The position numbers were made by a program, and so were the translations under genes. The notes below the pieces were generated by a model. That model worked only from the letters and a program-made list of their open reading frames with translations, was not told the DNA's origin and did not search any database. Below, piece by piece: positions 13,301 through 18,936 of a stretch of DNA of 64,000 bases; positions within the stretch are counted from its first letter, which is position 1, and each line of letters begins with the position of its first letter. Origin of the DNA: Alphaproteobacteria bacterium (GTDB lineage: Bacteria; Pseudomonadota; Alphaproteobacteria; UBA828); NCBI GenBank assembly GCA_965214705.1, contig OZ243972.1:3424001-3488000 (forward strand). Direction: 5' to 3'.

Positions 13301-15607
13301 TTCGTCGGCATGCCGGACGAGCACGACGGAAAGAGCCTGTTCACCTTCGAGCTGCGCTTCAGCGAGGACTTCCCCGGGCGGCTTCGCTACACGCTGCTGC
13401 GCGACGAGGCGTTCGAGGTGACCAACGGGCGGGTGCGCAAGGCGAAGCGCGTGGCGCAGGGGCAGAACCGGCGCTGGACCATCTCGGTGCGCCCGGACTC
13501 GCACGAGGACGTGACGGTGATGCTGCCGGCGGCGACGGACTGCGCGGCGCCGGGCGCGGTGTGCACGCAAGCCGGGCGCAAGCTCTCGAACACGGTGAGC
13601 GCGACGGTGCGGGGGCCCGCGCTCCTCTCGGTGGCGGACGCCCGCGCCCGCGAGGGCATCGACCCGGCGGTGGTGTTCCCGGTCACCCTGAGCCGCGCCG
13701 CCTCCGGCGTGGTGACGGTGGAGTACCTGACCCGCGACGGCACGGCGAAGGCGGGCGAGGACTACGAGAGGACGCGCGGCACGCTCACCTTCGAGGTGGG
13801 CGAGACCGGGAAGACGGTGTCGGTGCCGATCCTCGACGACGGGCACGACGAGGGCGAGGAGACGTTCACGCTCAAGCTCCGCAACGCGCAAGGAGCCTGG
13901 ATCGTCGACGGCGAGGCGACGGGCACCATCGAGAACTCGGATCCCATCCCGAAGGCGTGGCTGGCGCGCTTCGGGCGCACGGTGACGGGCCATGTGCTGG
14001 ACGCCGTGGAGGCGCGGCTCACGGCGCCGCGCGCGGCGGGCGCGGAGGCGGCGCTTGCCGGGCAGGCGCTGCCGTCCTGGACCCCCGGATCGGGGTCCGG
14101 GGTAGGACCGGGCGCGGCGAATGACAACGGGTCCGCGGCGGGCGCGGCGCCGGACTGGGCGACCCAGGCCGACTCGGGCGAGCGCGACGTCGCGGACGCG
14201 ATGCGGCGCTGGATGGCCTTTGCCGGCGCGGACGACCGGAACGCCGGCTCCCTGTCCGGGGTGGGCGGTGGGCCGGGCTTCGGCGCGGGAGCGTCCGGCG
14301 ACGGAAGCGGGCCGGACTTCGAATCCCGCGCGGTGACGCAGCGCGACCTCCTCACCGGCACGTCCTTCGCGCTGACGGCGCAGTCCGGCGGGCCCGGCGG
14401 CAGCTTCGCGTCGCTCTGGGGCCGGGGCGCGATCTCCAGCTTTGACGGGCGCGAGGGCAACCTTACGCTGGACGGCGAGGTGACGACGGGGCTGATCGGC
14501 GCCGACTGGTCGTCGGCGCGCGACGGCGCGGGAAGCTGGACGGCGGGCCTGGCGATCGGCCACTCGACCGGTACGGGCGGCTACCGCAGGGGCAACTGCA
14601 CCGAGGGCAACTGCGGCGGCGACATCGAGGCGGTGCTGACCGGCCTCTACCCCTATGCCGGGGTGGACCTCACAGACCGGCTCTCGGTCTGGGCGTCGGC
14701 GGGCCACGGCGCGGGCGATGTGACGGTGCGGCCCGACGGGGTGGCGCCGTTCACGGCCGACCTTTCGATGAGCATGGGCGCGGCCGGTCTGCGCAGCGAG
14801 GTGCTGAAGCCGGAGAACGCCAACGGGCTCAGCCTCGCGCTCAAGGGGGACGGGCGCTTCACGCGGACCTCCTCGGACGCGGCGACGAACGCCGACGGCG
14901 GCAAGCTGGCGGCGGCGGAGGCCGACGTCTGGCTGCTGCGCACCGGGATCGAGGGCTCGCGGCGCTTCGCGCTTGGGGACGGCGGGGACGGCGCGAGCGT
15001 CACGCCGTCCTTCGAGGTGGGCGTGCGGCTCGACGGCGGCGACGCCGAGACCGGGTTCGGCGCGGACCTGGGCGGCGGGGTCGCCATCGCCGATCCGGCG
15101 AACGGACTCAGCCTCGACCTCAAGGCGCGGGCGCTGGTGGCGCACGAGGCATCGGGCTTCCGGGAGTGGGGCGCGAGCGCGTCCTTCGCCTGGGATCCGC
15201 GGCCCGAAACCGACCGGGGCCTGTCGCTGTCGCTCACCCGGACCCTGGGCGCGGCGCCGTCGGGCGGCATGGACGCGCTGCTGTCGCGCGAGACCCTGGC
15301 GGATCTGGCGGCCAACGACGACGGCCAGGGCGGCGGGTTCGAGGCGTCGGGCCGCCTGGAGGGCGAGATCGGCTACGGGCTGCCCGTGTTCGGCGGCGGC
15401 TTCACCGGCACGCCGAACCTGGGCTTCGGGCTGTCGGACAACGGCGCCCGCGAATACCGGCTCGGCTGGCGGCTGACCTCGGCGGTGCCGGGCGATCCGG
15501 GCTTCGAGGTGAGCCTCGACGCGACACGGAGCGAGCCGGCGAACGGCAACGGTGCGGGCGCGCCGGCCGAGCACGGGGTGACGCTGCGCGCCGCGATCCG
15601 GTGGTGA
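1337..15607 (+). CDS. Giant surface adhesin (4756 aa): SwmB-type repeats, PKD/K319L-like and Fn3-like modules, Calx-beta, C-terminal autotransporter-like beta-barrel
   Basis: Extended signal peptide ending AAQA|Q. Many 'LTLTFDEALD...P...AF.V...V.V.YT.P...LRD.AGN' SwmB repeats. 'ADAGED..V..G..VTLDG..S...TYAWTQTGG' PKD-like modules. Calx-beta 'LSVADARAREG...VTVEYLTRDGTAKAGEDY' at ~13620-13930. Amphipathic beta-strand C-terminus ending in W. Confidence 0.9.
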   Translation: MGRAGSSLRERHGRLSFGARRAAPPPPSSSPPPSRFRPARLARVRRAGVCALGTLAAALVLLLGAGAAQAQTSKKLVSNTGQGASTFGQSGDSSYSQAFTTGDHGGGYTLTSVNVQMNQNGSTAPTYTVSILSSSGSILGTLTNPASLPGTKQNVQFTAPKGGIGLAAEMTYRVRIDISANVNALSVQRTFSNNEDAGSEEGWSIANGGEPVLATPTSLMIAVHGYAAEGVYFRSASVSGATLKLAFTEPLDGASVPAKGNFSVSLDGVAQAPLGVSVAGNTATLTLARAAAHGQTVRVTYTKPGSNPLRNAVGHEVAGFTAQEVDNVTGAIASVAFTNTPVAGRPIGIGGVIEVTVTFHEAARVTGAPRIALSPPFGSRGERRYASYDGGSGTTALVFRYTVAEGDNSIGGRISVAEDALELNEGSIRLGTANAVLDHDAVQSANDVIGYRGRISQVYVHESPGVDADLDGTAETFTAVDGNREIGVWVSFLGLGELQVDTKGANGNVQVVVDIGGQGFDLDYQATFSNAIRFGTHTVAATHVDTDGVSVKRDGSGNVIRLSNGATIRAGESSGGNAPRLTAGADPGVGVLDYDPTPLILVRGANAAPTGADFTRNGNSELAFAKADFGYADADGDPQKALRIETLPVAAKGALKLDGAVIASADLPKTVTPAELDSGGLAFEPAAGFISGDTSFTFRVVDSFDAASAAANTVTLSVTAEDQTPPSLVGAAVYGATLTLTWGEALDEASEPAASAFTVTVDGSEVSLAATGAVAVNGRAVNLTLAQAVTAGESVTVSYTKPDSAPIQDLAGNAAARLPERSVTNGTATTHAVTASAGEDREVLTGAAVTLSGSGSSTRAYPAYSYAWTQTAGVTVALDDAASAAPSFTAPAVRTDLVFELVVNDGTADSAADEVTVAVRPGPNPSSAPCVHPKPADASFASGTQPYDSVAVADSSVSFSGAGSGQFSFWFCSPDGVRAELAQNVGATHVVTQTGLQRSTTYWAAVKRTCATCPAGGSWFAWRAFTTTNVVPRPTRAAVSETSLTIAFDKTLSTAIAHRPATSAFTVTVNNAARGVTVVNISGVGVFTGVRLGLASAVSYGDTVTVAYNGTKLRGANGSTVATFSDVKVQTPPSVTAATVDGTALTLTFNGTLDTGSKPAAGAFTVSAAGNARTVSGVALDGMTATLTLDTAVTHGQTVTATYTRPAANPLQDTAGNEVSSFIGQSVTNSTPMGGAVRRVAFVSSPVSGDTYLIGETIAAEVTWSIPVTVAGEGADGENVALRLDLGADDGDRSNSRRAMRYVSSTGSDTLRFEYAVKPGDMDADGVWVQTASGSDDTVVFLANGATLRNGTTDVVRTRAGLPTTGDAGRKVDGTSTATANAGVDLTVETGSSVTLDGKASTSTRSNPTYTYAWTQTGGVTVTLSGADTATPSFTAPTVRRDLEFSLVVNDGAHYSVPDTVTVLVRPPPNPTSAPCVHPKPEGEQFHAHVAGVTISGRTDSSISFQGHHATRRFDLWFCWTNGEAQKRATSVEGSHIETVPGLRSGTRYWVAARQHSSGGFAVQWSRWVAETTTGAPSVQVVRFTSSPASGDTYLNGETIAAEVTWSKPVTVANGGSNANVTLRLDLGADDGDRSNSRRAMRYVAGTGTDTLRFEYAVKPGDTDADGVWVQTASGGDDTVVFLANGATLRNGATDVGRTRAGLPTTGDAGRKVEAETSTATADAGEDRTVETGSSVTLDGKASTSTRLNPTYTYAWTQTGGVTVTLSGADTATPTFTAPTVRRDLEFSLVVNDGAHYSVPDTVTVLVRPPPNPTSAPCVHPKPEGEQFHAHVAGVTISGRTDSSISFQGHHATRRFDLWFCWTNGEAQKRATSVEGSHIETVPGLRSGTRYWVAARQHSSGGFAVQWSRWVAETTTGAPSVQVVRFTSSPASGDTYLNGETIAAEVTWSKPVTVANGGSNANVTLRLDLGADDGDRSNSRRAMRYVAGTGTDTLRFEYAVKPGDTDADGVWVQTASGGDDTVVFLANGATLRNGATDVGRTRAGLPTTGGAGRKVDGTSTATADAGDDLTAETGAMVTLDGTGSTSTRLNPTYTYAWTQTGGPDVTLSGADTATPTFTAPTVRTELEFSLVVNDGMHNSAPDTVAVAVRTPINATSVPCVQPTVAGGQLTAVALFEVTATTDSSITYRSGRPESQSDIDTLWFCWTNGEVQKRAENVDGTHSETVSDLDSGTTYWVTATRDEVNNKWWNAWRAVTTAGGASVRRAAFTTSPASGDTYLPGETVAAEVVFSMPVTVAGAGADGRNVVLRLDLGPDDADRSNSRREMRYVGGTGTDTLRFEYAVKAGDGDPDGVWLQTGSETDLTVVFFNSGGASIRSGAENVSRTRRWLPTTGDGGRKVDGAPPSFESAAAKGTTLTVTFDEALDDGSVPAAAAFTVMRTPRGGSATRSRLTGTPAIAGAKVTLNLARAAAPGDALTVGYTAPDGDMLRDMAGNEAGDFAGKRAMNLTGDPGDATAPTLLQGTVRRDKVKLTFDEPLDEGVKPAASQLGLTPSLGAVSEVAVSGRQITFTTATAATASQSVSLAIADTSGIQDLNGNRLAPVDGFALVNTLGTAPGKPGLAQTDTTMDGAPAVDGAALTLTFDQVLHAGQVPPADEFAVTVASAARGVVDVEVAGSTVVLTLASPAASGETVTVRYKGSKAPRIQNPWGQVVDAFSGQGVANGTSNRAPAFSSPAGTVNAVPGRQVSLPAAASDADGDAVTFSLSASPPDSHVPGTFIYQYTIERVFFTAKDDCDLENLDPRPANPLDTVVTVTASDPHGASSELELTYRTNWVCDKPGVTAVAVNGKAIALTFDEPLAPLGAAGLRALRQAFLVQGAHYRGAPVRDQSPSTIAMSGATVTLTLGSGVLPNRETTVEYVAAAARGAGLRDADGNAVPDFVRGVTSMTVGTVAPLLEQAQVKGPKLQALELTFDAALDASSAPAGSRFQVWASTRDTPRSRLISGTGTARVDGTKVLVTLAKPVPQAASVRIDYHKGGEPKPLRAAGRGAEVADIDGFRGAVLDGTRPELVGAAATAQAVTLYYSETLDRGSTPAPGDFAVTAGGGARTVREVSVHDDAVTLALASAVAAGEAVTVTWTPGVEPIRDPAGNDARGFSDHSANNWVGGNTEPLMLVTAEVDWKVVTLTYNHPLDPASVPGPGAFSFDFEWRSVEDVAVRGKTVVLTVNERWHPCDGNTVMGYAKPAKNALRNLWGTEVDAIPARGQAVTNVLAGNCLNDTMTATLGSIVLTASRPFAQDAPPRKEWFTVAASGGPVTVTGAAFSPDDPHQLVLSLSREPAEDETVTVSYRRPRGEAGLWNVDGRQLADVVDVPVTRKTAAAPSVEAVALVSDPGADATYAAGETVRVRVTFGGEVTVDTEGGTPRLRLDLDPADGGERWAAYESGSGEAALVFGYAASAGDASAGGVAVVGNTLELNGGAIGAAATGAHAALAHEGLDPDPAHKVDGVRPEFDRASVNGAALTVTFDEALDAGSALAGSAFTVTAAPAGGEARAIAGTGAASVEGAAVTVTLAGPVLVGEAVTVAYTPPSGAEARPLRDAAGNEAAAFAGETVTNGTAAPPSVVSAGVVSEPGADGAYTRGETVEAAVTFDRAVAVDAEGGTPALALVADGTIRRAGFVSGSGTERLVFAYRAVETDGTLRAVRVAASGLKLNGGSIADAADGTPAQLGFGEAPGVTAVSIADEPDGRWEAGDTVEAEVRFAEPVAVEGAPWVTFVMGSTVMRGAYAGGSGSDALTFRYTLGDDDGTWTRAVLVSNTLDAGDGSIRSAGGGLAAALGHVQGQRTLEPPPAPPPSVSGVAVVSDAGGDATYALGDVIRIRLTFSEAVSVDTAGGAPRLKIKMDPTWGEFWAAYESGGGSAALTFVHKVAEPNTSPRGIAVLADTLAANGATIRSAATGADAALEHAGLGHDPAHKVDWRLSPPVAAPPLTASFVGMPDEHDGKSLFTFELRFSEDFPGRLRYTLLRDEAFEVTNGRVRKAKRVAQGQNRRWTISVRPDSHEDVTVMLPAATDCAAPGAVCTQAGRKLSNTVSATVRGPALLSVADARAREGIDPAVVFPVTLSRAASGVVTVEYLTRDGTAKAGEDYERTRGTLTFEVGETGKTVSVPILDDGHDEGEETFTLKLRNAQGAWIVDGEATGTIENSDPIPKAWLARFGRTVTGHVLDAVEARLTAPRAAGAEAALAGQALPSWTPGSGSGVGPGAANDNGSAAGAAPDWATQADSGERDVADAMRRWMAFAGADDRNAGSLSGVGGGPGFGAGASGDGSGPDFESRAVTQRDLLTGTSFALTAQSGGPGGSFASLWGRGAISSFDGREGNLTLDGEVTTGLIGADWSSARDGAGSWTAGLAIGHSTGTGGYRRGNCTEGNCGGDIEAVLTGLYPYAGVDLTDRLSVWASAGHGAGDVTVRPDGVAPFTADLSMSMGAAGLRSEVLKPENANGLSLALKGDGRFTRTSSDAATNADGGKLAAAEADVWLLRTGIEGSRRFALGDGGDGASVTPSFEVGVRLDGGDAETGFGADLGGGVAIADPANGLSLDLKARALVAHEASGFREWGASASFAWDPRPETDRGLSLSLTRTLGAAPSGGMDALLSRETLADLAANDDGQGGGFEASGRLEGEIGYGLPVFGGGFTGTPNLGFGLSDNGAREYRLGWRLTSAVPGDPGFEVSLDATRSEPANGNGAGAPAEHGVTLRAAIRW
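5495..7502 (+). repeat. Near-identical intragenic tandem duplication, 1026-bp period (342 aa)
   Basis: About 5495-6476 recurs at about 6521-7502. Identical shadow ORFs are offset by exactly 1026 nt (5805/6831, 5884/6910). More diverged partial copies flank it. Confidence 0.95.
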
Positions 15608-15757
15608 GCGGTGGGCCGGACGCATGGCGGGAATCCATCGGAGCGCCCGCGAGGCAGGGTCCGGCCCGTTGGTGGGCGATCCCGAAGCGAGGCAGGGTAG
15701 GCGGGCGGGGCGCGGCGCTGGTGTCCGCGGCGACAGCGGGCGGCCGGGGGTCCGGCC

Positions 15758-16309
15758 GTGACGGACGGCGAGACGCCTCCCTGGAAGCCTACGCCCCTGT
15801 GGAAGCTGATGGTCGGTCTCCGGCCCTACCGGGCGGCCTACGAGGAACAGGCGGAGCCGCCGGCGTTCGAGGAGGCCGTCTTCCCGGTACGCGTGCAGTC
15901 GGAGGCCGACCTTGCGGCGCGCGAGTCCTGGCGGATCGAGGCTTGGGAGAACCCCTTTGCGCGGGACGGTCCGGCTTCGCCGTTCCTGGCCGGCGAGCCG
16001 ATGCTGGAGGCCGAGGGTTCGGCGGAGGCGACGCCGCTCATGCCGTTTCTCGCGGCCGCGGGCGCGCGCATTGACGGGCTCCGGCTTCTGGACGGAACGC
16101 TGATCGTCAAGATCGAGCAGGACGGGCGCGCGGTCCAGGTCCGGGTGGCGAACGACGGCCCGCTGCTGTCCGGCGGCGGTTTCCGGGTCTGGTGCGATCC
16201 CGGGGCGGATCTGCCGATGACCATGGCCCGGCTGGCCGCGCTGTTGAGCGTCATGGGCGGTCCGGCCCCTCGGCCAGGGTGGGGGCGGTGGGCGAGAAAC
16301 GGGAACTGA
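15758..16309 (+). CDS. N-terminal part of an FseA-like (DUF6499/DUF2285-type) transfer activator
   Basis: 'LWKLMVGLRPYRAAY...FPVRVQSEADLAARESWRIEAWENP' resembles the N-terminal region of DUF2285-associated activators and overlaps the DUF2285-like frame that follows. Confidence 0.55.
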   Translation: MTDGETPPWKPTPLWKLMVGLRPYRAAYEEQAEPPAFEEAVFPVRVQSEADLAARESWRIEAWENPFARDGPASPFLAGEPMLEAEGSAEATPLMPFLAAAGARIDGLRLLDGTLIVKIEQDGRAVQVRVANDGPLLSGGGFRVWCDPGADLPMTMARLAALLSVMGGPAPRPGWGRWARNGN

Positions 16310-16509
16310 CGATGGCGCTGGCGCTGAACCGGGCGAAGGTGGCGTCGCAGCGCGAGCTGGCGATCGGCTGGTGGGGCCTGGACGAGGTCGAGAAGCACTG
16401 GGCCACGAGCGACTGGATGCGCACCCGGGTGCGCTACCGGCTGGAGGCGGCGGCCGGGATCGAACGCAGCCGCCGGGAGGGCGGCTCCTCGGAGAGGGAC
16501 GGCGGCTGA
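16279..16509 (+). CDS. DUF2285-like HTH DNA-binding domain, in the -1 frame relative to the upstream ORF (possible own ATG at 16312)
   Basis: 'RELTMALALNRAKVASQRELAIGWWGLDEVEKHWATSDWMRTRVRYRL' fits the DUF2285 pattern 'AS.REIA...FG...V...W......R.RVR..L'. Confidence 0.6.
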   Translation: MGAVGEKRELTMALALNRAKVASQRELAIGWWGLDEVEKHWATSDWMRTRVRYRLEAAAGIERSRREGGSSERDGG

Positions 16510-16617
16510 CGGCGGCGATCCTTTCCGGGCGGGCACGCGGCGAGGACGGGCCGCCTCGTCGTCCGGGGAGTGCCGGCCGCCTCGACCGTGCCCGGCAGCC
16601 GGCGCCGGGAGCGGCGG

Positions 16618-17241
16618 CTACCGGACAATTCCCTGTTTCCGCGCCGTCTCCATCGCAAGGCTCTCCGAAGCATCGAGGAATGCGAACAGCGCGCTGAGGT
16701 CGTCGATGTAGTGCTGCCATTCACGCCCGGCGGCATGTTCCCAGGCGTACCGCTTTCTCCACAGTTCCACGTCGTCGTCCATATAGGCGAAGACGTCCGC
16801 GAGGCTTTGCAGCGGCCGGTTCACGGGGCCTTCCGGCACGGCGGGATCGTCGGTGCTCAGGAACGCGACCAGGGTGAAGGGATATTCGGCCGCGGCCTGC
16901 CCGTAGAGCCGCTCCAGCCCGGCTCCCGTGGAAACCCCGTGCGCGCCGAACAGTTCGTGGAGCCGGGCGAGGCGATGCCCGTCGCGGCCTGCCGGGGGTG
17001 TGACGCCGTTCAGGCGCAGGAGGCACTTCAGCCGGAGCTCCAGGGCGATCGCGAGATTGAAATGGCTGGCCGTCTTGAGGGACTCCCACACGGTGTGCGA
17101 CGGCCAGCCCGATGCGCCGTCCACCGGGGAGAGGTCTCCGCCCCTCGCCCCGAGCCTGGCGATTTCCCGCTCGGTCAGCGACGCGGACTGCCGGAAGGCC
17201 CGGGCGTCGCCGATCAGCCTGAGGAACTGCACGCCGTTCAT
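16618..17241 (-). CDS. HEPN-like domain protein
   Basis: 'NLAIALELRLKCLL...GHRLARL' (E..LK / H.L..L pattern) and a C-terminal 'RY'. Third gene behind the TA pair. Confidence 0.55.
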   Translation of the reverse strand: MNGVQFLRLIGDARAFRQSASLTEREIARLGARGGDLSPVDGASGWPSHTVWESLKTASHFNLAIALELRLKCLLRLNGVTPPAGRDGHRLARLHELFGAHGVSTGAGLERLYGQAAAEYPFTLVAFLSTDDPAVPEGPVNRPLQSLADVFAYMDDDVELWRKRYAWEHAAGREWQHYIDDLSALFAFLDASESLAMETARKQGIVR

Positions 17242-17271
17242 CGATCCGCCTCGGCCGGTTTCGGGTGAGCG

Positions 17272-17721
17272 CTAGCGATACGCGGACGCGCGCCTGGCCG
17301 GGCGCGCCGCGGCATTCCCGCTCAGCACGTAGAGATCGGGGAGCGGCAGCGCGAAGCCGCCGCTCCAGCCGGCTCCGTCATTGCCGGCCGGCGTGTCCGG
17401 ATCCCGGTCGGCCCCCAGGGGGCGAAGCCGGAGGCCGAGGGCGTTCATGACGCCGACCACGGTCGCGAAGCCGGGATTGCCGTCGCCGGAAAGCGCCTTG
17501 TAGAGACTCTCCCGGCCCAGTCCCGTCTTTGCCGCGACGGCGGTCATCCCTCTGGATCGAGCGACGTCTCCGAGCGCCGCCGCGATGAGGCGCGGATCGC
17601 CGTCCTCGAACGCCGCTTCCAGGTAAGCCACGACGTCGTCGAGGTCCTCGAGATGGTCCGCCGCATCCCAGGGGCGGGTCTTCGCCCGTGCCGCATCCGC
17701 GCGGGTTCGCGACTCCTTCAT
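17272..17721 (-). CDS. Addiction-module antidote (HigA-like HTH antitoxin)
   Basis: 'WDAADHL...AYLEAAFEDGDPRLIAAALGDVARSRGMTAVAAKTGLGRESLYKALSGDGNPGFATV' is the typical motif. ATGA overlap with the toxin gene. Confidence 0.9.
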   Translation of the reverse strand: MKESRTRADAARAKTRPWDAADHLEDLDDVVAYLEAAFEDGDPRLIAAALGDVARSRGMTAVAAKTGLGRESLYKALSGDGNPGFATVVGVMNALGLRLRPLGADRDPDTPAGNDGAGWSGGFALPLPDLYVLSGNAAARPARRASAYR

Positions 17722-18026
17722 CGGTCTTCCCCTTTCACCAGTTCCCGGGCGAGGCCGCGCGCCCGTTCTATGTCGTGGCGCTGGGTCGCCTTGTCGCCGC
17801 CGGCCAGCAGCACGGCCGTTGCGCTGTCGACACGACAGAAATACACGCGGTAGCCCGGCCCGTAGTCGATCCGAAGCTCCGAGACGCCGCCGCCGACCGG
17901 CCGCACATCGCCCGGGTTGCCCAGCGACAACCGGTGGATGCGGATGAGGATCCGCGATCGCGCCTGCCTGTCGCGAAGTTTCCGGAACCAGGTGTCGTAC
18001 GCATCGGTCTGGCGAACTTCGACCAC
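17718..18026 (-). CDS. RelE/HigB-family addiction-module toxin
   Basis: 'VEVRQTDAYDTWFRKLRDRQARSRILIRIHRLSLGNPGDVRPVGGGVSELRIDYGPGYRVYF...LLAGGDKATQRHDI'. GTG start at 18026 inferred. Confidence 0.9.
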   Translation of the reverse strand: MVEVRQTDAYDTWFRKLRDRQARSRILIRIHRLSLGNPGDVRPVGGGVSELRIDYGPGYRVYFCRVDSATAVLLAGGDKATQRHDIERARGLARELVKGEDR

Positions 18027-18032
18027 CGGGCG

Positions 18033-18061
18033 AATGTATCCCACACGATACAATATGGCAA
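18033..18061 (-). promoter_or_regulatory. sigma70 promoter with overlapping operator for the TA operon (probably leaderless mRNA)
   Basis: Minus strand reads TTGCCA-N17-TACATT with 6 nt between the -10 and the GTG start. Palindrome TGTATC-N6-GATACA at 18035-18052. Confidence 0.75.
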
Positions 18062-18301
18062 CGCAGCGCTCATTCGGGAAGGTCCGCGAGCGGCCTTCCG
18101 CCCGGCGTGGCGGCACGATCCTCGGATGAGGCGATCGCGCCGGGTTTGTGCGCCCGGCCTGCCGCGGACGCCCGGCAGGACACCGCCCTCCCCGGTTTCG
18201 CGCGCCCGGCGATTCGGCCCGCAGGAGTCCCGTCCGGGCCGCGGTGGCGTCTCCCCGGACCGTTCGGTGCGCGAATTGGCCGGCCGGCCGGTTCGCAGCT
18301 C

Positions 18302-18376
18302 AGGCGCTCTCAGGCGTCGTGAGGCGTCGTGAGGCGCCATGAGCCGGGGGGAGGATTTTTCGCGAATTTTCCTCCC
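18302..18376. promoter_or_regulatory. Phased direct repeats plus a 28-bp imperfect dyad upstream of the rdfS-like/pil operon
   Basis: AGGCG-headed units recur at a 10-bp period (18302, 18312, 18322, 18332). GGGAGGA-ttt-TTCGCGAA-ttt-TCCTCCC at 18349-18376. Confidence 0.55.
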
Positions 18377-18484
18377 TGCCGCGGCGCGCGCGTCTTCGTT
18401 TCGATGGCCGCGCATGGGCGCCCGGCAGTCGGCGGGCGCCACGGAGTTCGGAGGCCCCGGCAAGGGTCCGGGCGGGAGTGGAAG

Positions 18485-18763
18485 ATGGCGGACGACACGA
18501 AATACCTGTCGACGCGCAAGGCGGCGAAGCATCTCGGCCTGTCGCCGCGCACGCTCGACCGCTTGCGGGTGAGCGGCGGCGGACCGGTCTACCACCTGTT
18601 CGGCACGGCGGTGCGCTACCTGGCCGAGGACCTGGACGAGTGGTCGAGGACGCGGCGGCGGCGCTCGACCTCGGACGACGGCTCGGGCCCGCGGCCCGGG
18701 CCGGCTGCTCCGGCCCCCGGATCCAGTCCGGGGCAGGACTCCGGGCCGGGGGCCGCCCGATGA
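18485..18763 (+). CDS. RdfS/AlpA-like excisionase-type HTH protein (HTH_17)
   Basis: 'KYLSTRKAAKHLGLSPRTLDRLRVSGGGPVYHLFGTAVRYLAEDLDEWSRTRRRRSTSD', including the STSD tail typical of RdfS-like proteins. Confidence 0.85.
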   Translation: MADDTKYLSTRKAAKHLGLSPRTLDRLRVSGGGPVYHLFGTAVRYLAEDLDEWSRTRRRRSTSDDGSGPRPGPAAPAPGSSPGQDSGPGAAR

Positions 18764-18936
18764 GCGGCCGGGAGCGGATGCGGGCGGCCGCCGCCGTGGC
18801 GGCGCTGACGACCGGCGACACCACGTTCGGCGATCGGCTCGACACGGTGGAGAACATCGTCGGCGGCACCGGCGACGGCCGCGCGGCTGAGCTCGCCGTC
18901 GGCGGCGCCGTGGCCGGCACGGCGATCGTCCGATGA
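18760..18936 (+). CDS. Small protein, possibly a degenerate conjugative pilin remnant
   Basis: ATGA overlaps at both ends. 'TTGDTTFGDRLDTVENIVGGTG...LAVGGAVAG' resembles the start of a mature TraA/VirB2-like pilin but lacks full hydrophobic helices. Confidence 0.35.
   Translation: MSGRERMRAAAAVAALTTGDTTFGDRLDTVENIVGGTGDGRAAELAVGGAVAGTAIVR

Noticed and set aside
4208-16720. Very long minus-strand ORFs (948, 1281, 1748 aa) opposite the adhesin
   Set aside because: Antisense shadows of a GC-rich gene, with Arg/His/Gly-rich nonsense composition and no motifs.
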